This document shows, piece after piece, positions 1-8,742 of a stretch of DNA of 64,000 nt. Every line of letters begins with the position of its first letter. Positions within the stretch are counted from its first letter, which is position 1. The DNA is taken from the IMG/VR virus record IMGVR_UViG_3300038853_000032. One strand, written 5' to 3'. Origin of the DNA: an uncultured virus (IMG/VR IMGVR_UViG_3300038853_000032) (Duplodnaviria; Heunggongvirae; Uroviricota; Caudoviricetes). The translations under genes and the position numbers were made by a program. A model generated the notes under the pieces. It had not been told where the DNA came from and did no database searches. It worked only from the letters and a program-made list of their open reading frames with translations.

Positions 1-335
1 GTATACTTATTATTATTATCCAGATTTTCATTTGCTAAACCGTTTAAAGTCAAAAGAAGTAAAGGATTATCTACAATAACCGTTGTTAAACCATTAGCAA
101 CTGCGTTTACCACAGTTTCCTCACTATTCTTGCCCTTAACAGAGTTGGATAGACCCCAATGCAACCATATTCCGTGGAGTATCTCATGAAGAACAGTATT
201 AAGCTTATTAACAGGATCTTGCAATGAAGCTATTTTAATTTGTTTATCTTGATGAACAAACTGACCTTCAAGATCTTCTGAAGTTTCCTCCACAATCGCA
301 TAGTTCGTATAACCAATTTTAATTTTGTCGATCAT
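1..335 (-). CDS. Phage HExxH metallopeptidase-like protein, 3' end runs off the window
   Basis: Manual translation MIDKIKIGYTNYAIVEE...LNTVLHEILHGIW...EETVVNAVANGL; open to window edge; promoter at 360-388. Confidence 0.65.
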   Translation of the reverse strand, partial: MIDKIKIGYTNYAIVEETSEDLEGQFVHQDKQIKIASLQDPVNKLNTVLHEILHGIWLHWGLSNSVKGKNSEETVVNAVANGLTTVIVDNPLLLLTLNGLANENLDNNNKY

Positions 336-359
336 AATGTCTTTTCTTCATGGTTCTTT

Positions 360-402
360 ATTATAACAAAAAAAGAAGCGAAGAGCAAGATCTTCGCTTC
401 TT
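360..402 (-). promoter_or_regulatory. Sigma70-type promoter (TTGCTC-17-TATAAT) embedded in a terminator-like hairpin
   Basis: -35 at 388-383, -10 at 365-360; 12-bp stem 373-384/391-402 followed by a T tract on the minus strand. Confidence 0.75.
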
Positions 403-447
403 AATTTAATCGCAACGGAGTTTAAAATTTAACTATTACTACTCCTG

Positions 448-624
448 CTACTCTACTAATTGTATCGTCGGTTGCTGAGCAACCTCATAAGGATCAGTAT
501 CTACTTTCCACTCCGCTTCGTTATTCCAATACCCACTCATCGCCGCTTCTTCAGAGGGAGCTTTTATTTCCCATATTGAATCAACTCCGTATGGTTGCCA
601 AATACGCCAAAGTTTCTCACTCAT
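448..624 (-). CDS. Small hypothetical protein (58 aa)
   Basis: Manual translation MSEKLWRIWQPYGVDSIWEIKAPSEEAA...; start overlaps the upstream stop codon. Confidence 0.55.
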   Translation of the reverse strand: MSEKLWRIWQPYGVDSIWEIKAPSEEAAMSGYWNNEAEWKVDTDPYEVAQQPTIQLVE

Positions 625-824
625 ACCTTTTCCTTTAATATACGAATAATTTTAATACTCCGTAAAGGAACTAAAGTAGTGTACGGCGGCTCATCAATCA
701 ATAACGCACTATCGTTAATATCTAGTAACGTCCCAATCGACGTTACATCGTCAGCGATTCGCACATTGATTTCTTGACCAATCGCGTTTTGAAGATTTCT
801 CTTTAAACCTTCTTGTAGTTGCAT
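621..824 (-). CDS. Small Sm/LSm(Hfq)-fold-like protein
   Basis: 67 aa; N-terminal helix then GQEINVRIADDVTSIGTLLDINDSALLI (Sm1-like) and TTLVPLRSIKII (Sm2-like); strong SD. Confidence 0.45.
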   Translation of the reverse strand: MQLQEGLKRNLQNAIGQEINVRIADDVTSIGTLLDINDSALLIDEPPYTTLVPLRSIKIIRILKEKV

Positions 825-836
825 TTTTTTCTCCTC

Positions 837-1100
837 TCAAATAAAAACTGCATTTAAAAACCCAATAAACGTGACGGAACCAGCAATTGCATTTAAAACA
901 ATTAAAGACCTATCGTTCCAAAGACAACCGACTACCATCCACCCAAAACATCCTATACAGGTAATTAACAAGTCAATCGGAATACCAAGCATAGACGATC
1001 TCATAACCAGTCCTGCCATCACAAAAAACGAAGATACCCACTTCAAATACCAACTAACATCAGGTCTATTTGGAGTAACTTTATTTAATCTATTTTCCAC
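837..1100 (-). CDS. Small membrane protein (DUF6552-like)
   Basis: WYLKWVSS...WNDRSLIVLNA, three hydrophobic helices. Confidence 0.6.
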   Translation of the reverse strand: MENRLNKVTPNRPDVSWYLKWVSSFFVMAGLVMRSSMLGIPIDLLITCIGCFGWMVVGCLWNDRSLIVLNAIAGSVTFIGFLNAVFI

Positions 1101-1101
1101 T

Positions 1102-1269
1102 TCAATGAACCGTTGAGCTAACAGATTCGTCCAATAATAAACCTAAATTTTCTCCTAACCACTGAGCATAAGCTTCTGCTTCGTCATTCGAGTCAAACCC
1201 TTTAAAACAAACAATAACTTCTTTTTTATCCACTACAGTTCCAACTGAAAAACTAATTTGTTGTCCCAC
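1102..1269 (-). CDS. Small hypothetical protein (55 aa)
   Basis: Manual translation from GTG after a GGAGG SD: MGQQISFSVGTVVDKKEVIVCFKGFDSNDEAEAYAQWL... Confidence 0.55.
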   Translation of the reverse strand: MGQQISFSVGTVVDKKEVIVCFKGFDSNDEAEAYAQWLGENLGLLLDESVSSTVH

Positions 1270-1407
1270 GAATTCCTCCGTTAAAATATTTGCGCTGTAA
1301 ACTTTTTAATACCACCGCCCAATAATTGACAGCCCACACAGACTGCGCGTTAGTTTTAGTTTTATAAGCGTTTTCCATCAAACGAAGAACGTCCTCATTA
1401 CTTCTTC

Positions 1408-1698
1408 TTATTTCACTAATCTTGTCCATATCTTATAAGGGTCTTCCTTTTCAAAAACATTACTAATTTTATAGGGATAATTACTCTCGTTAAACCCAAG
1501 AACTACCCCTACTTCTTCTTTTAAATTATTCGCCCAAAACTTTGCCATTCGAGTATGCTTACAAGTTCGTCTACGCCATGCAGCTGGACAAGTACAGCCT
1601 CTCGATGATACAGTGTACACATCTAAAGGCTCCTTACTCGACCCAAATTTAGAAATTTGAGTATCTATATTATTCTTTTTCCTAATCAGATACTCCAT
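1408..1698 (-). CDS. SWIM zinc-finger protein
   Basis: CTCPAAWRRRTCKH matches CxCxnCxH. Confidence 0.7.
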   Translation of the reverse strand: MEYLIRKKNNIDTQISKFGSSKEPLDVYTVSSRGCTCPAAWRRRTCKHTRMAKFWANNLKEEVGVVLGFNESNYPYKISNVFEKEDPYKIWTRLVK

Positions 1699-1699
1699 T

Positions 1700-2212
1700 C
1701 TAAAAATTTCCTTCTGCTACTTGGAAAACAAATAATCCTTTAGCACGCCACATATCTACTACAGACTTCCTATCTTCAAACACAATCGTAGGATCATACC
1801 CATCACGACGCATTTTAATTAACATCTGCTCTTTAGCATACACATCCTTCTTAAAATCTAGATCTTTTCTTAGGTACATCGCATCATAAGAAACTTCAAT
1901 ATCATCTAAAAATGCTCTAGTTACCATTAAATAACGGCGCGGTCGCCCAGAACAAATAATAATACGGTGTCCTGCACTCTTCAAAAGACGAGCCATTAAT
2001 ACTACCGAAGGAATCGGAGGATCATTTCTCATAGCTTCATAAAACCCATCCCAATCCTTTGGTTTGTCTTTAATAAAATGTAAACGATGAGTAGCATCCG
2101 CTAATGTACCATCAACATCAAAAATAATATCACGAGGATCGGAATCCATAGTGGAAGTAAAAATAGGATCAGCATTACTTACTGCAAGACTTATTGCTGA
2201 AATATTAGACAT
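1700..2212 (-). CDS. HAD phosphatase, polynucleotide kinase 3'-phosphatase-domain type
   Basis: FDVDGTLAD, CSGRP, FEDRKSVVDMWR, QVAEGNF. Confidence 0.85.
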   Translation of the reverse strand: MSNISAISLAVSNADPIFTSTMDSDPRDIIFDVDGTLADATHRLHFIKDKPKDWDGFYEAMRNDPPIPSVVLMARLLKSAGHRIIICSGRPRRYLMVTRAFLDDIEVSYDAMYLRKDLDFKKDVYAKEQMLIKMRRDGYDPTIVFEDRKSVVDMWRAKGLFVFQVAEGNF

Positions 2213-2237
2213 TTGTTATCTTTCTCATTATAATGTA

Positions 2238-2281
2238 ATTATAACACAAAAAAAGCGGAGAAGCAAGAGCTTTTCCGCTTT
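2238..2281 (-). promoter_or_regulatory. Promoter TTGCTT-17-TATAAT overlapping a terminator-like hairpin
   Basis: -35 at 2266-2261, -10 at 2243-2238; stem AAAGCGGAAAAGC/GCTTCTCCGCTTT plus T tract. Confidence 0.75.
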
Positions 2282-2442
2282 ATCTATAGAAAGGAATACC
2301 ATATCCTGCCATTCAGTTTTGTATAAAAAATCTTTGAAACTTGATTTGATGTACAGTATGCGTCATTCCTAATTTCTATATTTATTATAATCTAAAAATA
2401 AAGTCAGAGCAAGTATAAAATTACAATACTTGCTCACAACGC

Positions 2443-2472
2443 AAAAAAAAGAGGCAATTATAAATTGCCTCT
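2443..2472 (-). terminator. Intrinsic terminator ending the large ncRNA candidate
   Basis: AGAGGCAAT-TTATA-ATTGCCTC followed by T8. Confidence 0.8.
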
Positions 2473-3384
2473 GTGTCAACACAAAGAAAGGTAAACTATG
2501 TTTAAATAAAAATGGGTGGTGGTGGTTAACCCGCCGTCGTGTCGTCCAACCCTCAGACCGCGCCTTTCTGGATGGCAATCCTCACAGTGTTCTAAGTCTT
2601 GTGACTGACTCCGTGTATTTATTGGTAAACACGTCACCCCTGAGAAACTGATTAACCACTGGTCTCAGATCAGAGGTATGTATTCTAACTAAAGTACCAC
2701 TTTAATGTATAGAATTACATATTTCATTTTACCTTATTGGCTGGCTTACATATCTACCTAAGTAGTAATGTAGTACCACTCCATACACTTGGGCTAAAAT
2801 GCTTCAAGAACATTTTTGGAAGGTATGAAAAACCTTAACTCCTAACGAGCTATGAGTTACCACCGGCAGTTTTTTGAGCCTTTCATAAAGTCCAGCTCAG
2901 GCAAACCGCTACCTATTTCAGTTTATTATCAACCCGATAAAAGGTGATACACGGTAAACTGAAAAACCGACTCGCTTAGGCTCCGAAGCAGGGATTCCTT
3001 GGGCTTCTTTTACCTTTCGCGGAACGCCAGTCCCTTGCTGGCTTAATTCGAAGGTTATTTATTCGATTTAAAAACTTCCATTCTAGTCGTATTAAATCCG
3101 ATTGAATGGTAATCGCCTTCTTTAGTCCGATCTGCGTCAATACCTCTACAGATCGCTAGAGTTAGGGTATCTTAACTATACAGGATCGTGCCTGTATTCA
3201 CAGTATCAACTTCCTCTGAAACCTCAGTGAGATTTCGCGCTTGATACGCTCGCACAACCAACTTCACCGAAACTCAATCTGATTGCGTCATTAAAAGTCT
3301 TACGACTTCTCGGAAGGAACTCCGTAATTTCGGCTTCGGTAACTTTTTGCTTGGTGACTACTCACGGTCGCTCAATTACCGTAT
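2443..3384 (-). ncRNA. Large (~940 nt) highly structured non-coding RNA candidate, family unassigned
   Basis: Own promoter (3391-3419) and terminator (2443-2472); no credible ORF; GC above flanks; more than 12 stems visible by eye, one closed by a GUAA tetraloop. Confidence 0.7.
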
Positions 3385-3390
3385 TTTTAT

Positions 3391-3419
3391 ATTATAACAA
3401 AATTTTTATCATTAAGCAA
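3391..3419 (-). promoter_or_regulatory. Sigma70-type promoter
   Basis: TTGCTT(3419-3414)-17-TATAAT(3396-3391). Confidence 0.8.
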
Positions 3420-3461
3420 GATTTTTTTAACATTCGTTATTTTACTTACTGATAAAAATTT

Positions 3462-3665
3462 AATTAACAGAAAGGAGGGAGGCTGTAGCGCGTTCCGTGC
3501 TACCGTTGGATCATTAACCCTTTTTTATCTTGTCACCAGAACTAGTTAGACTAGGTGGGAAGTGGTGTGGGAGGATGATGCCTCTCAATGAATAAAGGAT
3601 TTGCCGAACTTGCAAAGGCTTCGCTGAACTCGCCAAGGACTGTAAAAAACCTGTTATTCACTTAA
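3462..3665 (-). ncRNA. ~200-nt ncRNA candidate
   Basis: Promoter TTGCGT-17-TAATAT at 3701-3673; hairpins such as GUAGCAC/GCGCUAC; CU-rich tracts; no ORF. Confidence 0.45.
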
Positions 3666-3749
3666 TATAATAATATTATCAAAGTTTTAAGCATTACGCA
3701 AGAAAAAAATTAATCTTTTTATTATAATTTAAGAAACTTTTTTTTCACT

Positions 3750-3831
3750 GTATGTAGCCCCCAAACCCGCGACATACTCTGACTCACTTCCACCGTACTA
3801 TTCCTTACGGAACACCTACCAGAGTCTTACC
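3750..3831 (-). ncRNA. Structured RNA motif, copy 1
   Basis: GGUAAG..stem..CC-GUAA-GG..stem..GCGGGUUUGGGGGCUA; promoter TTGCTA-17-TATAAT at 3952-3924. Confidence 0.6.
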
Positions 3832-4120
3832 TGTTTTACCAAATGAAAGAACTTATGCAGTTGCAGTTAAACATGAAAGGGTTTAAACATTACAAAACGT
3901 TTTATCTCTCATTCAGTATATTAATTATATCTAAAATTTAACCTTTTAGCAAGTAAAAAGTGAACTTTTCAGGAAGGATTATGCCAACATAAGTTGATCC
4001 CTGGGGTAAGTTCTAACCTGCCACCTAACGCGATATATGGCCCAACGTTATTAATCCGTATCTACCTTCTTGTATACCATCTTCAGGTCTTTGATGACTC
4101 AAACGGTAGCATTTCCACGC

Positions 4121-4378
4121 CTAATAGTCAACAGCAAAATACTGCTCGTCTAGATAAAGATCAATATACTTCATCGCACTACGAATACTTGCCGCGTCCC
4201 CTCCAGCCTCGAATATATTAGAATCGACAGTTTTCCCGTCCTCTTTATAAATCAAAGTCTGTGGGAACCTTCCATAGAAAGTCATACTAATTGTAAAACC
4301 TCGATAAGGAATTCTAAGTAAAGGTGTTTTCACTTCTTCACCCTTTTCCATATCTATAACTTTTAAAGGCTTACTCAT
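4121..4378 (-). CDS. Hypothetical protein
   Basis: 85-aa ATG ORF with plausible composition. Confidence 0.6.
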   Translation of the reverse strand: MSKPLKVIDMEKGEEVKTPLLRIPYRGFTISMTFYGRFPQTLIYKEDGKTVDSNIFEAGGDAASIRSAMKYIDLYLDEQYFAVDY

Positions 4379-4397
4379 TTTTATCTTTCTATTTTAG

Positions 4398-4478
4398 GCG
4401 CATAGCCCCCAAACCCGCTATACACAATGGCTCTACTCTCAAACTATACCCTCACGGTTTACCAACTAGAACCTTACC
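4398..4478 (-). ncRNA. Structured RNA motif, copy 2
   Basis: Same 16-nt core (4403-4418 = 3755-3770), same GGUAAG spacing, covarying stems, GUGA tetraloop. Confidence 0.6.
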
Positions 4479-4760
4479 AAAAATGTGGGGCTAACAGTAG
4501 CCCCACGCGGATGCGTTACGGCATCACCCGCGACTGCAAGCAGCCGTATTAATGCCAGTCACGAGATTCAGAACTAATTCAAAATTACTCTACCAGCTCT
4601 CTTCTAGTATGATGAAGAGCTCGTGACTAAAAAATAACTTTTTCAGTCAACTGTAGGAGGGGGACTGGCTACCCCTGTAAGTTCACATTTCGCTACGTGA
4701 TGGTGGAGGCCGTGCGTTAGCTGTGATTCCTCATTAAGTTACCTCACACTTAACTCTTAG
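4479..4760 (-). ncRNA. Structured RNA candidate(s) with a pseudoknot and terminator-like hairpin
   Basis: Promoter TTGCTT-17-TATAAT at 4793-4765; 9-bp stem AGUCACGAG/CUCGUGACU; UACGGC/GCCGUA crossing GCGGGUG/CAUCCGC; GUGGGGCUA/UAGCCCCAC plus U tract. Confidence 0.5.
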
Positions 4761-5100
4761 ATTTATTATATAAAATTTTAAAGAAAAAAGCAAGTAAAAA
4801 GTTAATTTTAAAACTATTTTACTTTAAAAGAAAGAAACTTCATTTTCAACCATACCCAGTAATCTGTTAATTTCATCGAACGTACGACTTCTTTTCCTCC
4901 TACTGTTTCTTTAACATAACGAGGAATAAAGCTTTGAGATACTGGAATAGTATTTGAAGTAAACATTCCCTAAATATACTTCAAATTTGCATAAGAGACA
5001 AATTTAAAATTTTTTATTTTAAAATTTAAAGGCAAAAAAATAGACTTTCCCTAGTAGAAAAGCCCAGCTCTCATTATTTTTTTCAATAACAGTAAAAAGA

Positions 5101-5403
5101 TTATTCTTCAATAACAGTTACCCATCCTGATTTAGCCTCCGCATACCGTGCCTCCCACGCATCTCTACAAAAATTATTGTAAGAAGCTTCATCTTTGTAA
5201 TTCTCCACCAAAGTAACGGATTTCTGATCTGCATTTAAATTAGAACTTATAGAAATAAGAAGTCCCCTTGTAATAGCGTTATCAAGAGCCTCTCCAATAC
5301 CACAAGCCGTATTTACATTGTCCTCCCAAAATGCTTCCGCAGAAACATAGGTGGCAGACGGGTTTTTAAGAGATTTTATAGTATATGTTTTAGTATAAGC
5401 CAT
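5101..5403 (-). CDS. Hypothetical protein, last gene of the fibre module
   Basis: 100-aa ORF. Confidence 0.6.
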   Translation of the reverse strand: MAYTKTYTIKSLKNPSATYVSAEAFWEDNVNTACGIGEALDNAITRGLLISISSNLNADQKSVTLVENYKDEASYNNFCRDAWEARYAEAKSGWVTVIEE

Positions 5404-5414
5404 TTTTTAATTCA

Positions 5415-6245
5415 CTATACCGCTACCCACGAATCAGTAGCGTTATCCCAATTATATTTTTTCTTGTCAGACGGGTAATCCACAGGCGGATACCATTTAC
5501 CTACCTTACTTCCATTTAAACCATACCACGTCCCAGCCCCTTCTGTCAATAAAAAGTCATACGCACCATCTAATTCTTCAAAAAGCCACGCCTTATATGG
5601 TTGAGACTTAGCCCATTGAGAATCCCACCAAGTAGGAGGTTCCCAATCACTATCAGAATCTAATGTCCACGCTCCTAAAGGTTTAGGTTCAATTCCTATA
5701 AATACGTCTTTTACTGCATCATAGGTATATCCCACACCAGCATATTGCTTTCTAAAAGCGTGGTTATAAGAAGTTTGCTTCCATACACCGCTTCCGAAAT
5801 GATTAAAACAAAACGTCTCTCCATCCACATGCATAGGATTATCACCTAACGGTCCGGCAGCAGTAGAAATATCCCTTGAAACTGTTACTATTCTTTTAAC
5901 TACATTACTTCCATCTAACTCAGCAAAATGACACATAATCTTCCAAACATCAGGAGAATACCAATCTGGCGGTTCCCAATGACCGTCGTCTTTTAAGGTC
6001 CAAGCTCCTAATGGTTCCGGTTCTGGCTTAATAAACTGATCTTTTGCCGAATCATAAGTATCTCCTCTTCCTGCATAATTCGCTCTAAAACTACGGGTTT
6101 TAGTAGTTTGCTTCCAGGTTCCGCCCCAAAAATTCTCACACCATTTTTCACCGTCAACATGCTTATCAGAAGGTACATGAGCATCATCTACCACACATAT
6201 CCTTATGACTTTATTATTCTCATCCAATTCGGCAAAATACGCCAT
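5415..6245 (-). CDS. Phage tail-fibre-associated protein with a tandemly duplicated domain
   Basis: Two copies of (Y/H)FAELD..N.V.RI..V...HVDGE...WKQT....FR..YAG.G.TYD..KD.FI..EP.PLGAWTL...WEPP. Confidence 0.65.
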   Translation of the reverse strand: MAYFAELDENNKVIRICVVDDAHVPSDKHVDGEKWCENFWGGTWKQTTKTRSFRANYAGRGDTYDSAKDQFIKPEPEPLGAWTLKDDGHWEPPDWYSPDVWKIMCHFAELDGSNVVKRIVTVSRDISTAAGPLGDNPMHVDGETFCFNHFGSGVWKQTSYNHAFRKQYAGVGYTYDAVKDVFIGIEPKPLGAWTLDSDSDWEPPTWWDSQWAKSQPYKAWLFEELDGAYDFLLTEGAGTWYGLNGSKVGKWYPPVDYPSDKKKYNWDNATDSWVAV

Positions 6246-6257
6246 TACAAAATTCTC

Positions 6258-7139
6258 CTAATCTTGAAACTGGTATCTAACAATTACTACGCCATCACCA
6301 CCAATACCACCAGAGGTAGCACCGCCGCCACCACCGCCACCACCGCCACCTTTTGCGTCTGTACCTCTACTCCCTGACTGGCCCGTACCTCCTCCTGCAC
6401 CATCCGGATTCCCGTCTCCACCGTCACCCCCACTAGAACCACCGCCTCCGCCACCACCACCATAGTCAACAGAAGAACCTGTAATATCATTACCATCACC
6501 ATTACCACCCTCACCACCAGCACTACCGCCAGAAGCACCCTGACCTCCTGCACCATCAGGAGCAATGCCTCCGCCACCGCCACCACCAGTAGGACCACCA
6601 GTACCACCTTCACCAACACCACCACTCCCAGAACCGCCAGACTGCCCAGGTGAACCGCCCCCACCACCAGGACCACCATCTCCACCAGCATCCTGATATC
6701 CACCACCATAACCGCCCCCTTCAGCAGAAAGAGGAGAACTAAAAGAAGAATCTTGTCCAACTTGCCCAACTGCACCGTGTCCGCCACCAGAACCACCACC
6801 TCCAACAGTGGTTGTGTATGTTCCAACAGTAACCGCTAGCCCAGTCGCTTCTGTTCTTGCTCCGGCACCACCACCGCCCCCACCGTAGTTGGTAGTACCA
6901 CCCTTCATCCCTCCTGTCGACTGACCACCACCACCTCCGCCACCGCCACCTATTATCATATACTCCACTACATTATGAGTTCCATCCGCTGGTCCAACTG
7001 AAGTAACTTCAAAATTACCAGATGAAGTAAATGTGTGAACCTTATAACTACCATCAGTGGCAATAGTTCCACCAGTAGCCTCAACCCAACCAACTGCTCC
7101 TCTTCTTCCTATAAATCGTGGTGCTAATACAAAGGGCAT
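6258..7139 (-). CDS. Glycine-rich domain virion/fibre protein
   Basis: ATGGTIATDGSYKVHTFTSSG...VEYMIIGGGGGGG...GGDGVVIVRY. Confidence 0.8.
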   Translation of the reverse strand: MPFVLAPRFIGRRGAVGWVEATGGTIATDGSYKVHTFTSSGNFEVTSVGPADGTHNVVEYMIIGGGGGGGGGQSTGGMKGGTTNYGGGGGGAGARTEATGLAVTVGTYTTTVGGGGSGGGHGAVGQVGQDSSFSSPLSAEGGGYGGGYQDAGGDGGPGGGGGSPGQSGGSGSGGVGEGGTGGPTGGGGGGGIAPDGAGGQGASGGSAGGEGGNGDGNDITGSSVDYGGGGGGGGSSGGDGGDGNPDGAGGGTGQSGSRGTDAKGGGGGGGGGGATSGGIGGDGVVIVRYQFQD

Positions 7140-7141
7140 AA

Positions 7142-8698
7142 CTATACCTTGCACTTCAAAGTGAAGCGCACTCCTTCCCCAGGTTCCGATGAACCTATCT
7201 GATCAATTTTAAAACTTATGCGATCCCCTGACACAAAAACAGCAGTAGCGCCTAAGGTTCCGGCACTTAATGAAGTAGCGCTTGCAGCAAATTGCGGTCT
7301 TGTAGCATAAATACTTGTACCATTCTTTTCTATGTCTACAATAAGTGCTGCGCCAGTAGGAGCTGTATCAACATACCCCGCTTCCCCAACAACAGTTGCA
7401 GGCCGTGCCATTACAAGTTCACCGTAAGTAGCCGCTGCTACATCTTCTTTAACCATATCAGCATCAAAACCTGCTGTAAAAGCAATATCATAAGGAAGAC
7501 CGCTATAGTTAGTACTATTAAAGTTTTGGGTGTTAGCAACATAAACATTAGCTCCTATGTAAGCGTTACCTTTTACATCCAGATTAGCGCCAGGAACTTT
7601 AGAACCTGCGTAACCAACAGCAATACCTCTGGCAAATTTGACATTTCCTGTCGTGTTGGCACTATAAATTTGTGTAACAGTTCCTGAAGCGGCAGACCCA
7701 ATTCCAATAGAAGTTCTCAGAGTGTCCCCAGATTCAGCTACAGGATCAGTACTTCCGTCTCCAACAATCATTTCACTATCACCAAGAGCACTCATTGCAG
7801 TAATAGCACCTGTCCCACTGCCAAGTAAGACGCCTCCATCGGTTAACGACGAAGCCCCTGTTCCACCGTCACTTACAGGAACGTCGGTTCCTCCTGCTCG
7901 ATAAATAATATTACCCTCTACGTTAATATCACCTGCGCTTGCTCTAGCTACTGTCGTATCAGATGCAGCACCAATATTAACAGCGGTAAATTGGGGACTG
8001 TCCCCGGTACCTACACCAATAGAAGTTCTAAGCGTCGCCCCACTTTCTGCAACTGGATCAGTGGTTCCATCACCAACAATCATTTCGCCATCACCGAGCG
8101 CGCTCATAGCAGTAACAGCACTTGTTCCGCTGCCAAGCAAAACACCGCCGTCTGTTAAAGAGGTAGCGCCTGTCCCCCCACTTCCTACAGCTAAAGCACT
8201 TCCCAAAGTTAAAGTACTTCCTGTAGTTACCGCTCCAGTAAGAGTGGTAGCGCCACCAATATAAACATTATTCTTTACATCCAAATTCGCTTGAGGAACG
8301 CGACCATCAGTATAACCAACTGCTAAACCTCTAGTTACATACGCATTACCAGTTAAATTAGCTGTATAAATAGTTCCTGAAGAAAGAGCGTTAGCTCTCA
8401 TTTTAGCGCCACCTACACTTAAACTACTAAGCTTAGCTTGGGTAATAGTGGCATCACCTACAGTAGCAGTAAGATTAGCTATAGTTGCCTTGGTAACAGG
8501 CTGCCCAAGTTTATTCGTTTTCATAAACTCAACTTCGTCTGTTTTTCCTATACTAACAGACACATTCCCTAAATGAAGAGAATTGGCATCGATATACAAC
8601 TCTTTCCAACGTCGCTGAGGTTTACCAAGTGAAACCGAATTATTGGCGAGGGGAGTAACATTACCTGTTAAAAATCCGGGTCTTCCTATATATGCCAT
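7142..8698 (-). CDS. Tail fibre-like protein with internal repeats
   Basis: MAYIG start, SLG...RWKELY, duplicated GGTGA(T/S)SLTDGGVLLGSGT..., Gly/Ala/Thr/Ser-rich. Confidence 0.75.
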   Translation of the reverse strand: MAYIGRPGFLTGNVTPLANNSVSLGKPQRRWKELYIDANSLHLGNVSVSIGKTDEVEFMKTNKLGQPVTKATIANLTATVGDATITQAKLSSLSVGGAKMRANALSSGTIYTANLTGNAYVTRGLAVGYTDGRVPQANLDVKNNVYIGGATTLTGAVTTGSTLTLGSALAVGSGGTGATSLTDGGVLLGSGTSAVTAMSALGDGEMIVGDGTTDPVAESGATLRTSIGVGTGDSPQFTAVNIGAASDTTVARASAGDINVEGNIIYRAGGTDVPVSDGGTGASSLTDGGVLLGSGTGAITAMSALGDSEMIVGDGSTDPVAESGDTLRTSIGIGSAASGTVTQIYSANTTGNVKFARGIAVGYAGSKVPGANLDVKGNAYIGANVYVANTQNFNSTNYSGLPYDIAFTAGFDADMVKEDVAAATYGELVMARPATVVGEAGYVDTAPTGAALIVDIEKNGTSIYATRPQFAASATSLSAGTLGATAVFVSGDRISFKIDQIGSSEPGEGVRFTLKCKV

Positions 8699-8742
8699 TA
8701 ATACTTCCTTTGTGAAAATAAATTAGTAAAATATATCCACAT

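Noticed and set aside
2369..2651. ORFs 2369-2578(-) and 2430-2651(+)
   Set aside because: They cross a terminator, a promoter and structured RNA, and have no protein features
2443..3384. RNase P RNA, rRNA or self-splicing intron identity for the large RNA
   Set aside because: No GAGGAAAGUCC motif or rRNA signature seen, and it does not interrupt a gene
6287..6826. 179-aa Val-rich ORF
   Set aside because: Frame-shifted shadow of the GGN-codon-rich Gly-rich gene
7292..8264. Plus-strand ORFs inside the fibre gene, and similar antisense ORFs elsewhere
   Set aside because: Antisense shadows of well-supported genes
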